Below are positions 27,016-36,638 of a stretch of 64,000 nucleotides of DNA, piece by piece. The notes beneath the pieces were generated by a model. It searched no databases. It worked only from the letters and a program-made list of their open reading frames with translations, and was not told where the DNA came from. Position 1 is the first letter of the stretch, and each line of letters starts with the position of its first letter. Source of the stretch: a virus (lineage: Duplodnaviria > Caudoviricetes); the IMG/VR virus record IMGVR_UViG_3300033069_001193, positions 21,783 through 85,782 of that record; one strand, 5' to 3'. The position numbers and the translations under genes are program-made.

Positions 27016-27020
27016 GTGGC

Positions 27021-27027
27021 TAAGTAT
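27021..27027 (-). promoter_or_regulatory. putative late promoter ATACTTA in a hairpin loop
   Basis: Lies in the loop of TGTGGCT/AGCCACA, overlapping the nrdJ stop. Confidence 0.6.
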
Positions 27028-29537
27028 CAGCCACACTTACTCCAGGTGCAGGTCGAACCGTCGGGCAGTGTACCGCCGTGGCAGGAGATGCAGCCGTTCT
27101 GGTAGACCAAAGTGGCGCCGTCACACTCCGGACACTTCTTCTCGGTGCTTGACTTGGCGCCATCCGGGATATAGCCCTTCAAAACCCTCGCGATGACAGT
27201 TGAGAAGCTCCACAGGTCAGAGTGCTTGTCCTTCTTCAACTGTTCGACGACGTACTGCATCGGCACACCGTGCCGAAGCGACATTGAAATGACACGAGTC
27301 AGGGCCCCGTGCTCCGGGTTGTCAAATTGTGCGACAACGTCATTGAGGAGGATCTCATCGTCGTCACCCAACGGGATCCGCAGGTTGTAGGTGGCGATGC
27401 CATCCTTCTTGCCGTTCTTGATCAGCTGCGCCTTCTTGGTCTTTTTGGGGACCTCAACGTGCTCACTGAGGCCTGCGAACAGTTCGTATGGCCGACCGTT
27501 CAACATGCCGACCAGGACCAGGTACTGGTCACCCTTGATGCTGACGCGGTGGACGTCGCACTCGACGACCTTGGGACGCTTGGGGGCGTGTGACTCAATG
27601 ATGACCAATGGCTGATCGTCCTCACGAGTTGCGCCCTCGTTGACGATGACAGCATCGCGGCTGCCGATGCGGTAGATGGTGACGCCCTTGCATCCCGTCT
27701 CCCAGGCCCTCCAACACAGGTCTGACACCGTCGAATTGTCGACGTCATTGGGAAGGTTGGTGGTGTTGCTGATGCTGTGACAGATCCACTTCTGGGCAGC
27801 AGCCTGGATGGCGACCTTACGCAACGGGTCGATCTCCTCCACCGTCGACCCGTGATAGGGCGACTTGGTAACGTCGTCCTCACCCGTAGCCTCCATCCAC
27901 TGCTTGACGCCGTGATGGAACAGGTCGTAGTACTGCCACTGGTCGCCCATCATGTCGACCTCGTCCACACGAGCATTCTTGTCAGCCGTCGTGATCTTCT
28001 TCTTGCGCCGGCTCTTAATGAAGACCACCGGCTCGCAGCCAGAGGTCGACTGCGTCATCAGTGAACCGCTGCCGACTGGTGCTGTTGTGGTGTTGGCAAT
28101 GTTGCGGCGACCGTACTGCTCGTAATCAGCTTGCAGCTGCGGGTCATCCGCCAACACTCGCACGATGAACGGATGGTCCCTCTCCACCTCATGGGAAAAG
28201 ATCGGGAATGGACCACGGTCACGGGCCATGTCGACAGAGGCCCGGTACGAGGTCACAGTCAGATCACGATAGATGAGGTCCGTCAGCTTGACAGATTCAT
28301 CGCTGCCGTACCTGAAACCCATCGAGGCGATGGTGTCGCCCAAGGCAGTAATGCCCAGACCAGTGCGTCGACCATTGACGGCCGCCTTCCGGATCTTTTC
28401 CCACAGCTCGAGCTCAGGACGCTTGACATCGTCGGGTTCTGGGTCGGCCTTCACCTTCTCGATGATGCGACTGATTGCCTCCAGCTCCAGGTCGACCAGG
28501 TCATCCATCAGCTTCTGAGCCACATAGCACGCCTTGCGGTATGCCTCGCGAGCGAAGCTTGCACTCTTCAAGAAGGGATCGACGACAAACTTCCACGGGT
28601 TGGCGAAGAGCAACCGGCAGCTGTCATAGGGCGATAGCGTGATCTCCCCACATGGGTTGGTGCTGACCGAACCGTAGCCGAACCTGGCGTAAGCGTCAGC
28701 TGGACCCCAGGTGATCACCGTGTCCCAGAACAACATACCAGGTTCACTGCAGTCTCGCATCGCGGCCACGATGTTGTTCCACACCTCACGAGCGTCTACC
28801 CATTGCTCGACCAGGTAGCTGTCCAGGCCAGGCTCGACCGGAAAACGCTGATGGTACTTCTCACCCTTCTGCACCGCGTGCATGAACTCATCTGACATCC
28901 GGATGGAGACATTGGCCCCCGTCACCTTCTTGCGGTCACGCTTGATGTTGGCGAATGTCAACACTTCAGGATGGTGAACGCTGAGCGTCAACATCAGAGC
29001 CCCGCGCCGGCCACCTTGGCCCACCTCACGACAGGTGTTACTGTAACGTTCCATAAAAACACCAATGCCGTCTGTCGACCTCGCGGCGTTGGCAGCGGGC
29101 AATCCTTTCGGACGAATAGTCGACAGGTCGAAACCTACACCTCCACGACGCTTCATGATCTGGGCCTCCTCCTGGTCCGTCTTCATGATGCCACCGTACG
29201 AGTCGTAGGGGGCCTGGACAACGAAACAATTGGACAGCGACTGTACCTGATACTGATTACCGATCGCTGACATTGGACCGCCTTGGGGGACAATCTCCCA
29301 ACGCGACAGGTAACCGTAGATCTCATCTTCTGACAGAGGATTTGGGTAGCGAGCCTCAATGCGAGCGAACTCATGGGCGAGGCGCCGGTGCATGGCCTCA
29401 GGCGTGGACTCGTAGATGTTCCCTGCCAGGTCCTGCAAGGCGTACTTGCCAGCGAACACGTCGGCAGCCAACTCATCACCGTTGAAGTATGAGAGCGAAG
29501 CGCGGTGCGCTTCATCGTAGGTGTACGATCGCATCAA
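27027..29537 (-). CDS. nrdJ: class II (adenosylcobalamin-dependent) ribonucleotide reductase
   Basis: SLSNCFV, RRGGVGFDLS, TNPCGEI, RRTGLG, TTTAPVGS, SISNTTNLP; C-terminal TSCPD-like domain and Zn ribbon. Confidence 0.93.
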   Translation of the reverse strand: MMRSYTYDEAHRASLSYFNGDELAADVFAGKYALQDLAGNIYESTPEAMHRRLAHEFARIEARYPNPLSEDEIYGYLSRWEIVPQGGPMSAIGNQYQVQSLSNCFVVQAPYDSYGGIMKTDQEEAQIMKRRGGVGFDLSTIRPKGLPAANAARSTDGIGVFMERYSNTCREVGQGGRRGALMLTLSVHHPEVLTFANIKRDRKKVTGANVSIRMSDEFMHAVQKGEKYHQRFPVEPGLDSYLVEQWVDAREVWNNIVAAMRDCSEPGMLFWDTVITWGPADAYARFGYGSVSTNPCGEITLSPYDSCRLLFANPWKFVVDPFLKSASFAREAYRKACYVAQKLMDDLVDLELEAISRIIEKVKADPEPDDVKRPELELWEKIRKAAVNGRRTGLGITALGDTIASMGFRYGSDESVKLTDLIYRDLTVTSYRASVDMARDRGPFPIFSHEVERDHPFIVRVLADDPQLQADYEQYGRRNIANTTTAPVGSGSLMTQSTSGCEPVVFIKSRRKKKITTADKNARVDEVDMMGDQWQYYDLFHHGVKQWMEATGEDDVTKSPYHGSTVEEIDPLRKVAIQAAAQKWICHSISNTTNLPNDVDNSTVSDLCWRAWETGCKGVTIYRIGSRDAVIVNEGATREDDQPLVIIESHAPKRPKVVECDVHRVSIKGDQYLVLVGMLNGRPYELFAGLSEHVEVPKKTKKAQLIKNGKKDGIATYNLRIPLGDDDEILLNDVVAQFDNPEHGALTRVISMSLRHGVPMQYVVEQLKKDKHSDLWSFSTVIARVLKGYIPDGAKSSTEKKCPECDGATLVYQNGCISCHGGTLPDGSTCTWSKCG

Positions 29538-29608
29538 TCAGCCTTTCTTTGCCCGCCGGGCTCCAAATCCATCTAGCGATGCATCTCGGGGAAACACGGG
29601 GCGGTTCA

Positions 29609-29615
29609 TAACTAT
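29609..29615 (-). promoter_or_regulatory. putative late promoter ATAGTTA upstream of nrdJ
   Basis: Overlaps the helicase stop; ~70 nt before nrdJ. Confidence 0.4.
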
Positions 29616-31048
29616 ACCAGCCCGGTCACGGATTCAGTGCTCTCCTCTTCGGGGCGCTTGTAGAGTTGATCATCCCTGAGTTCCTTCAACTTACGACGCA
29701 AGGCTGCCTTGGTAGCGTCCTCGTCTTCCTTGACCGCTTCCTGCATGTCGCCAGCGGCGCCGGCGATGGTGAACTTGCTACGGGCGGTGTCGATGCGGGC
29801 CGGGTACACCAGACCGTCACGACCGGCCCGGTTCTTGGCCACATAGAGGCGGCCGAAGCCTGATGACTTCTCGTGCGACTTCCTCGAGATGCTGAGAACA
29901 ACATCAGCCACCATCGCCTTGCCGTAGGCCTCACTCATGTTGCCGAGGTCGACGACCTCGGCATTGGAACCTTCCTTGTTGGACTGGGAGGCAGTCCAGA
30001 TCGGAAGCTTCTTCTCCATCGCGAAAGCACGTAGTTCCTCGTAGATCAACTTCAACTCGTGCCGCAAGGAGTCGTACTGCCGGGTCGATCGCATGATGTC
30101 AGCGTAGTCAATGACAATCAGGCCCGGACGAAAGCCCCTGATGTCTAGCCGCTCGATGTGGGCACGAAGGGTGTAGATGGTCGCCGAATTGGTCGGGAAC
30201 TCCTTGATGATGAGACGCCCCAACTTCATCGACTTGTAGGCGTCCATCACCTTGTCCTTGTTATCGATGACTTGGTTGCTGTCCATGTCGCACAGATTGG
30301 AATCGTACCGCAGCCCCACTGCTGCTTCCGTCAGCTCCATCGTGTAGTGAAGGACGTCGACGCCATTGCGCAAGGCATTCGCCCCCAAGAACGTCAAAAA
30401 GTGGCTCTTGCCCACGCCGGTAGGGGCAACGATGACGCCGATCTCACCCGAGCCCAGACCACCATTGAGGATGTCCTTACGATCGAGCTCGTCGAGGCCC
30501 GTCGCGATGGCATTGCGCTGGAGACGGGTGAAACGTGACTCGTAGTCAACAAAGAAGTCATGACCCATCGCCGGAGTGGTGCCCACCGTCACTGCCTTCT
30601 TGATGCCATCAACGATCAGTTCGTATTTCTCGGCCTGCATGTCATCGACGGCCTGGGTCAAGGCAGCCTTCAAGGCCTGCTTACGACAGAAGTCGAGCGA
30701 TTTCTCCTTGACGTAGGCCAGGTCACCCGAGTCCGGACTCATCTTCATGCGAGACAGGTACTCGACAATCTGTTCTCGAAGGATGGCATCAGTGCCCACC
30801 TTCAGGTCCTCGCGGATGATCGTAGCCAACAGTTGCAGCGATGGAAAGACCTTGTACTTCTTAGCATGACCAAAATAGCGTTCAGCCAGGAATGACAAGT
30901 ACTTGGGCTCGAGGTAATTGACGTCGAAGACCTCCAGCATCTGTTCGGCCCAGGTCCTATCAGACAACAAGGCCTGAACGATCTTCTCTTGGAAACTCTT
31001 GCCGTACTGCCCAAAGGTCACAGATGATCGTGTGTTCGTTTCGCTCAT
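29612..31048 (-). CDS. DnaB/gp41-like replicative helicase
   Basis: APTGVGKS Walker A, VIDYAD Walker B, WTASQSN, VAKNRAG. Confidence 0.92.
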   Translation of the reverse strand: MSETNTRSSVTFGQYGKSFQEKIVQALLSDRTWAEQMLEVFDVNYLEPKYLSFLAERYFGHAKKYKVFPSLQLLATIIREDLKVGTDAILREQIVEYLSRMKMSPDSGDLAYVKEKSLDFCRKQALKAALTQAVDDMQAEKYELIVDGIKKAVTVGTTPAMGHDFFVDYESRFTRLQRNAIATGLDELDRKDILNGGLGSGEIGVIVAPTGVGKSHFLTFLGANALRNGVDVLHYTMELTEAAVGLRYDSNLCDMDSNQVIDNKDKVMDAYKSMKLGRLIIKEFPTNSATIYTLRAHIERLDIRGFRPGLIVIDYADIMRSTRQYDSLRHELKLIYEELRAFAMEKKLPIWTASQSNKEGSNAEVVDLGNMSEAYGKAMVADVVLSISRKSHEKSSGFGRLYVAKNRAGRDGLVYPARIDTARSKFTIAGAAGDMQEAVKEDEDATKAALRRKLKELRDDQLYKRPEEESTESVTGLV

Positions 31049-31117
31049 GGATACCTATCTTAGGTCCAACAAGGGCCTATGTTCTACTACCGGCAAGCGG
31101 CAGCGCACTGTATTACT

Positions 31118-32101
31118 TCAGTCGCTGGTCTTCACCTGTAGGCCGGTGATGCAGCGGAACGTAGAGAAAAAGTCTTCAGTATCAAAGTCGCCGATCCCCT
31201 CCCTGACAAGGACGCGAATCATGCCGACTCGATCCATTCGTGGGACGAAGTCCTTGATCCTCTGGTCGATAACCAGCCGTTGATGTGCCGAAATCATGCT
31301 GCCGTCGAGGTAAACCAAACGCCAGTTACGCCTGACAGCGACCTCGTGTTCTAGGATGCGCTTGTATAGCCGCGATTCGTCAACGTGAGCGTGAGCGTAG
31401 CTGATGACGTCCTGCAAGATGACGTCCTGCTCGGTTCCCAAGAACGGAAACACGCGGGCGACAGTCCGGAAGCCAACGCCCTTGACACCAGGCACGTTGT
31501 CGCCTGGATCACCGCACAACGCCTTGGCAAGGGCAAAGTGCTTCGCTTGGACACGGAACTCTTCCATCACTGTTTCCTTAGTGACGAAGGTCTTCTTCTG
31601 AAGACTGTAGAGGCGGGCCTTGTCGTCCAGCAACTGGTACAGGTCCTTGTCAGACGAAACGATGACCTTGTCCACGCTACGCATTGGACCACAACACAAG
31701 TGGGCAACTAGATCATCTCCCTCACAATCGGGGGCGTACAGCTGGCAAACGGGTGTACACCGCGTCATCTGGATCAGCGTCTCGATCTGGTGCTTGCGGT
31801 TCTCCTCTGAATCTGGGAGATCATCACCATAAAATCGATTCAATCGATCAGGCGCACGGCCCAACTTATACTCAGGCAGCAACTTCCGGCGGCGAGACGA
31901 GCCACCACCTTCCCAACACACGTAGATTGCCGACGGCTGAACCTCGTAGGTGATCCTACGTAGCGTCTTCAGAAAGCCGATGCAACCACCCATCTGATAG
32001 CCATGTGCTGACATGGTCGGGTAGGCGCAGTAGCTCCTGACAAAAAGATTGAGCGCATCCACAATAACTACAGGCCTTTGTACTTTTTCTTCCGTTGTCA
32101 T
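31118..32101 (-). CDS. 5'-3' exonuclease / flap endonuclease (T4 RNase H / PolA N-domain-like)
   Basis: IVDALNL, CEGDDLV, SSDKDLYQL, GDPGDNVPGVKGVG. Confidence 0.92.
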   Translation of the reverse strand: MTTEEKVQRPVVIVDALNLFVRSYCAYPTMSAHGYQMGGCIGFLKTLRRITYEVQPSAIYVCWEGGGSSRRRKLLPEYKLGRAPDRLNRFYGDDLPDSEENRKHQIETLIQMTRCTPVCQLYAPDCEGDDLVAHLCCGPMRSVDKVIVSSDKDLYQLLDDKARLYSLQKKTFVTKETVMEEFRVQAKHFALAKALCGDPGDNVPGVKGVGFRTVARVFPFLGTEQDVILQDVISYAHAHVDESRLYKRILEHEVAVRRNWRLVYLDGSMISAHQRLVIDQRIKDFVPRMDRVGMIRVLVREGIGDFDTEDFFSTFRCITGLQVKTSD

Positions 32102-32126
32102 AGCACGTACCTTATACTATCTACTC

Positions 32127-33119
32127 ATGCCTGCCAAGATCAACCTCTCCGAAGAAACAGTTGATGAGATGTGCTCGCTGTTCCGAAGTGGGACTAGCAT
32201 CCCAGAACTGATGCAGAAATACGATCTGTCACGTAACAAAATCACCAAGACCCTTCGTGATGGCCTCGGCGACAAGTATAAAGAATGCGCCTTGCGAGTA
32301 CTTGCCAGTACAGGCGCCAAAGGCGCGTCCAAACGCAGGGGCAAACCCAATCCACGCACGCCCGAGTGGAATGCCAAGATCGCTGCTAGCAATAAAGGTA
32401 AGCACCACACCGAAGAGACGAAGCAAAAGATCAGTGAAGCAAGCCGGACACGTTTCGAGCGTGGCACTTGGTCCAAAGAAGGACACGCCGAGGCCATGCA
32501 GAAGGCCGCACAGACCAAACGAGACAACGGTTACTTCAAGCTTCACTCACAGCGTCACTCTGAATGGATGAAGTTGTATGCTCCGATGCGTGGAAGGCAT
32601 ATGTCAGAAGAATCACGACAAAAAATGCGTGATGCTAAACGAACTTTTTTTGACTGTGGTGGTGTGCCGTCTCAATTTGGCATCAAACGTACTCAAGAAC
32701 AAAAACAGAAAATTGCTACACACACCAAGCGCATGTGGGCCGAAGGTAAGTTCTCCTATGGAGATGGTTCAGTGATGCGCAGCAAGCTCGAAAAGCGAAT
32801 CTTCGAGCAGATCCTTGCTGTTTTTCATGACGCTCAACACTCGCGGTGGCTGACGGTTGACGACACGACTTACGTCTTCGACGCTTACGTGCCATCACTG
32901 AAAACATTCGTCGAAGTAAATGGCGACTACTGGCACCTCAGCCCGCGCCTGTACGAAGCCTCGTACTTCGATGCCCACCGCGGCATCACCGCACAAGAAG
33001 TATGGGACCGCGATGAAAACAAGCGAGCAGCGGCACGTTCATTGGGTTACAGAGTGGTGACAGTATGGGAAAGCGAGGCGTTGCAGTTCGATCCTGCGAT
33101 CATCGTCCCAGGATCTTGA
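32127..33119 (+). CDS. free-standing homing endonuclease (NUMOD3 repeats plus Vsr-like domain)
   Basis: KGKHHTEETKQKISEA and RGRHMSEESRQKM NUMOD3 repeats; VFDAYV...EVNGDYWH...VVTVWESE; divergent orientation. Confidence 0.85.
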   Translation: MPAKINLSEETVDEMCSLFRSGTSIPELMQKYDLSRNKITKTLRDGLGDKYKECALRVLASTGAKGASKRRGKPNPRTPEWNAKIAASNKGKHHTEETKQKISEASRTRFERGTWSKEGHAEAMQKAAQTKRDNGYFKLHSQRHSEWMKLYAPMRGRHMSEESRQKMRDAKRTFFDCGGVPSQFGIKRTQEQKQKIATHTKRMWAEGKFSYGDGSVMRSKLEKRIFEQILAVFHDAQHSRWLTVDDTTYVFDAYVPSLKTFVEVNGDYWHLSPRLYEASYFDAHRGITAQEVWDRDENKRAAARSLGYRVVTVWESEALQFDPAIIVPGS

Positions 33120-33164
33120 CAAGACACTGCAACGCCTCGCGACGCCCACCATCTGTTTTGACGA

Positions 33165-33539
33165 CTACTGACGATGTGAAGTGAACGGATTGATGTTTCC
33201 AGCGTTATAGTCGTCCAAAAGACGCTGATGCTCTCGTGCCTGTTGTTCCTCGTCTGCCTTGCGCTTGCTTGCATCGATTTGCGCGCGCAGGTGACGAACC
33301 CAACCGCCAAGCGCTCGAGCAGTCTCTTCCCAATCGCCTGGTTGCCAACTTCCTCCCGAAAGCTCATTGATAAATTGACGTTCCACTTCTACAGGCAACG
33401 AGTCTTGTACGTGATCGGGCGTCCAAACGTGGACAACAAAGCTGTCTCCGCGAGCAATGATGCGGTACTGACGGTCCTGAGACAGCCACAGCACTCGAAG
33501 ATCGGGATTGTTGGTGGGAGAAACGAGGAGTTCAGACAT
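33165..33539 (-). CDS. hypothetical protein
   Basis: 124-aa ORF with GGAG SD. Confidence 0.65.
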   Translation of the reverse strand: MSELLVSPTNNPDLRVLWLSQDRQYRIIARGDSFVVHVWTPDHVQDSLPVEVERQFINELSGGSWQPGDWEETARALGGWVRHLRAQIDASKRKADEEQQAREHQRLLDDYNAGNINPFTSHRQ

Positions 33540-33580
33540 ACTGCAAATGCTACTCCATCGAACAGAAGCAGTACACGTGC

Positions 33581-33587
33581 CTACTTA
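33581..33587 (+). promoter_or_regulatory. putative late promoter CTACTTA
   Basis: 6 nt before the ATG at 33594. Confidence 0.58.
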
Positions 33588-33593
33588 CCACCC

Positions 33594-34478
33594 ATGAGTG
33601 AGCGATTGTTGAGGGAATACATGTCACTCGTCATCGAAAAGATCAGGTCGAGGAAGACTCCTGGAGGCGAGACCTTCGACCTCAAGCGATTCAAATCGCT
33701 TGATGACATCAATGACATGCACGACTACGCGGGCAAGTACCTTGACAAGCTGGGAACGGGGTCTTCCCGTGCTGCCTACCTGATGAGCGGGCGCTATGCC
33801 CTGAAGATCGCTCTCAACAACAAGGGCATCGGACAGAACGAGGCCGAGCTTGACGTCTACACCAACCCAGCCACCAAGCGCATCATCGCCAAGATCTATG
33901 CAGCAGACGAGCGAGACAAGTGGCTCGTCGCCGACCTGGTAAAACCGGTCACCAGCGAGAAAGAGTTCGAAGAACTGGCGGGCGTCAGTTGGAAGGACTT
34001 CGGTAAGCAGGTCTACGAAGGCCTCAAGTTGCATGACGTCGACAATGCATCAGACTTTGCCAAGGCCGTCGTGGCTACGGCCCACAGCAATCGTCTGTTG
34101 TTGGGCGACCTGGTCGACCAACTGAACAGCCCATTCAAGAGCGTCATCGACCACTGGGGCAAGACGCCTGACGGACGGATCGTATTGCTCGACTACGGGT
34201 TCACCGAAGACGTCGACAGGCAACACTACGCCCCAGAACGCGAGTTGCGACGTGCCGCCGCCGCACGTCCACAGGCTGTCGTTGCCCCCAGGCGTGGTGA
34301 CAGCGTCGACAGCTTTGCTAAGACGAAGCGAAAGTCGGCTGGCGAAGAGGAAAAGCCAGCAGACAAGAGTGCGAGGACTGCGGCGCGAGTGCCCAAGGCG
34401 ATTGCTGCGCGCGCCGCAGAAAAGTCACGGGTCCCAAGCGATGAAGAGTTGACCCGGACGCGAAAGGTGGGAGGCTAG
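33594..34478 (+). CDS. leader-bearing protein kinase-like protein
   Basis: MSERLLREYMSLVIE leader; LGTGSSRAAY Gly-loop, ALKIA Lys, QNEAE Glu, GDL catalytic Asp, VLLDYGF (DFG-like). Confidence 0.75.
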   Translation: MSERLLREYMSLVIEKIRSRKTPGGETFDLKRFKSLDDINDMHDYAGKYLDKLGTGSSRAAYLMSGRYALKIALNNKGIGQNEAELDVYTNPATKRIIAKIYAADERDKWLVADLVKPVTSEKEFEELAGVSWKDFGKQVYEGLKLHDVDNASDFAKAVVATAHSNRLLLGDLVDQLNSPFKSVIDHWGKTPDGRIVLLDYGFTEDVDRQHYAPERELRRAAAARPQAVVAPRRGDSVDSFAKTKRKSAGEEEKPADKSARTAARVPKAIAARAAEKSRVPSDEELTRTRKVGG

Positions 34479-34759
34479 GCCGTCTCGTTGGGCGACGGCG
34501 TAGGTCGGGCCTCCCCGTTCTTCTGGGCTGCCCGTTCCTCAGCCTCCAGCGCAACCCACACCGCGAGTTCATCGACGAGGGTCTCTGCAGGAAGTTCCAG
34601 GTCGACCTCACTGAGGTTGAATGACATCCAGGTTTCGCCCTGCATCAGGGTCAGGATCAGGAAGCCGTCCTTGACAGTCAGGCTGTGGTGTTGGCACGAC
34701 CTGGGCGACGGAAAGCGTTCCGTACACAGGTCGAGAAATTGCTTGGCGCCTCGTAGCAT
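34475..34759 (-). CDS. hypothetical protein
   Basis: Short ORF convergent with the kinase gene. Confidence 0.55.
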   Translation of the reverse strand: MLRGAKQFLDLCTERFPSPRSCQHHSLTVKDGFLILTLMQGETWMSFNLSEVDLELPAETLVDELAVWVALEAEERAAQKNGEARPTPSPNETA

Positions 34760-34794
34760 GAGGCAACCATACACCGTGTGATGTCGTTGTATTG

Positions 34795-35259
34795 TTAGCG
34801 GATTCCTGTTGAACCGTACCCGCCTGAACCGCGTGCGGTGCCCGTCAGTTCGTTGACGAGTTGAAACTGGGCTCGGGTGACCGGAGCAAAGACCAGTTGA
34901 GCGATCCGCATGCCTTTGGTGACATGGAAGCTCGAGCCTGACTCACCTTCACTCATCACAAGGTTGGTGTTGAAGAGGAGGACCTTGAGTTCACCCCGGT
35001 AGTCCTCGTCGATCGTCCCGGGGGAATTGAGGACAGTGATGCCCTCTTTGAATGCCAGGCCCGAACGGGGACGGACCTGACACTCGTAACCGGGAGGCAA
35101 CTGTACGTACAGTCCGGTCGACACCAGCCTTCGACCGCCCACCGGAATCCAGACGTCTTCGTCTGCGTGAACATCACAACCCGCCGCGCCGGCCGTCGCA
35201 TAGACCGGATCTGGAACGTCAGGACGTGCTTTCTTCAGGGAGACGATGATGCTGCTCAT
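34795..35259 (-). CDS. dut: trimeric dUTPase
   Basis: AGCDV, RPRSGLA, GTIDEDYRGE, RIAQLV, RGSGGYGSTG. Confidence 0.95.
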   Translation of the reverse strand: MSSIIVSLKKARPDVPDPVYATAGAAGCDVHADEDVWIPVGGRRLVSTGLYVQLPPGYECQVRPRSGLAFKEGITVLNSPGTIDEDYRGELKVLLFNTNLVMSEGESGSSFHVTKGMRIAQLVFAPVTRAQFQLVNELTGTARGSGGYGSTGIR

Positions 35260-36485
35260 GTGGCCTCCGATGCGGCATCATCGTCCGTCGTGGGCGACTC
35301 ACCTTCAGTGTGTGAGACAGCGTCCCCCGAGACAGTGGTGTAGGCAGCCTCGATGATCTTGTCGACGAAGGGCTTGTACTGCGGGTCGTTCATGATCTTG
35401 CCGAAGTCGCTCTTGTAGAACTTCTTCTCAATGATGCTCTCTCCCGTGTCCTTGTCGGTCACTTCCAGCAGACGCCAGGCAGAAGTCCCGGAGATGTTAA
35501 GTTTCAGAATCTTGCCATCGCCGTACGGGATGAAGACGTCATTGGTAGCGCAGTACGACCTGACCTCATCGAAGATGTACTCGTGTTCAACGATACCCTT
35601 GCCGAAGATGATGTCGAACTCGTGCTTTCGGAAGGGCGGTGCCACCTTGTTCTTCTTGATCGTCATGATGACGTGGATGCCGATGATGTTCCCCTTGGCG
35701 TCCTTGACCTGAGTGCCCGACGTCAGACGTAGGCGGATCGTGGCGTGGTACGGGATGGCCTTGCCACCTGGGCTGACATCAGGGTCACCGTAGGTGACGC
35801 CGATCGCCGTCTTCAACTGGTTGAGGCACAGCAGCGTGACGTTGTTCTGACCGATGACACCTGTGATCTTTCTCATTCCCTTGCTGATGGTGCGAGCCTG
35901 CAGGCCGATGGTGTCCTTGTCGTACTCGCCTTCGAGTTCCGCCTTGGGACTCGTCGCGGCGACGGAATCCCAAATGGCCAAGACGGGCACGTCCTTGGTC
36001 CCGAGGAGCGTCTTGGCCTTCGTGACGACCTCCTCGATGATCTTGAAGACATTCTCGGTGCAGTGTTCATCGATGTAGACGAAGCCTTTGCGGATGTTGA
36101 TGCCCATCTTGCTCAACTTGTCGATGGGCGTCGCGTTCTCAGTGTCGATGTAGACGACAATGCCACCCATCGCCTGAACGATGGCCGCGGCGTGGTAGGC
36201 CAGGTGCGACTTGCCGATCGAGGGAGGACCTGCGATCTCGATGATCCTGCCTTCCGGATAGCCTCCCCCGGCCGCGTTTCGAATCGCGTAGTTGAGCTGG
36301 ATGGAACCCGTGTCCAGCCATCTCTTGACAGCGGTCGGCGCCTCGGTCTCGGCCAGGTTGTAGGCGACCCGTACCCCGAACTCCTTGTTGATGTCCTTGA
36401 TGAGGGACGAGGTCAACTCGTCGATCTCGTCCGGAGCACCGGTCTTCTGTTTGACAGGCGCATCTGCTTGCTGCTTCCTAGCCAT
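35256..36485 (-). CDS. recA: RecA/UvsX recombinase
   Basis: GRIIEIAGPPSIGKS, YIDTE, IWDSVAA, LNQLK, GGKAIPYHA, KNKVAPPF. Confidence 0.95.
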   Translation of the reverse strand: MARKQQADAPVKQKTGAPDEIDELTSSLIKDINKEFGVRVAYNLAETEAPTAVKRWLDTGSIQLNYAIRNAAGGGYPEGRIIEIAGPPSIGKSHLAYHAAAIVQAMGGIVVYIDTENATPIDKLSKMGINIRKGFVYIDEHCTENVFKIIEEVVTKAKTLLGTKDVPVLAIWDSVAATSPKAELEGEYDKDTIGLQARTISKGMRKITGVIGQNNVTLLCLNQLKTAIGVTYGDPDVSPGGKAIPYHATIRLRLTSGTQVKDAKGNIIGIHVIMTIKKNKVAPPFRKHEFDIIFGKGIVEHEYIFDEVRSYCATNDVFIPYGDGKILKLNISGTSAWRLLEVTDKDTGESIIEKKFYKSDFGKIMNDPQYKPFVDKIIEAAYTTVSGDAVSHTEGESPTTDDDAASEAT

Positions 36486-36582
36486 TCTTGTCCTCTCGCG
36501 TTCTGCGGTAGTGCAGTTATCTCAATCCACGTGCTGACAGTGTTCAACTTTTGAAGTCACAGAACGCAGACAGCACATAGCA

Positions 36583-36612
36583 ACGCGGCACGGAATTTAC
36601 CCCGTGCCGCGT
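36583..36612 (-). terminator. 11-bp hairpin after the SSB gene
   Basis: ACGCGGCACGG / CCGTGCCGCGT inverted repeat; weak U-tract. Confidence 0.5.
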
Positions 36613-36638
36613 CATTGCGTCAGGTGAGCGTGTTCAGC

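Noticed and set aside
33228-33593. Upstream extension of the kinase ORF to 416 aa
   Set aside because: It overlaps the minus-strand gene 33165-33539; the late element and leader mark ATG 33594 as the start.
35745-36554. 269-aa plus-strand ORF opposite recA, and similar ones at 10883-11815, 19593-20357, 44421-45119 and 50527-51351
   Set aside because: Shadow ORFs fully overlapping well-supported genes.
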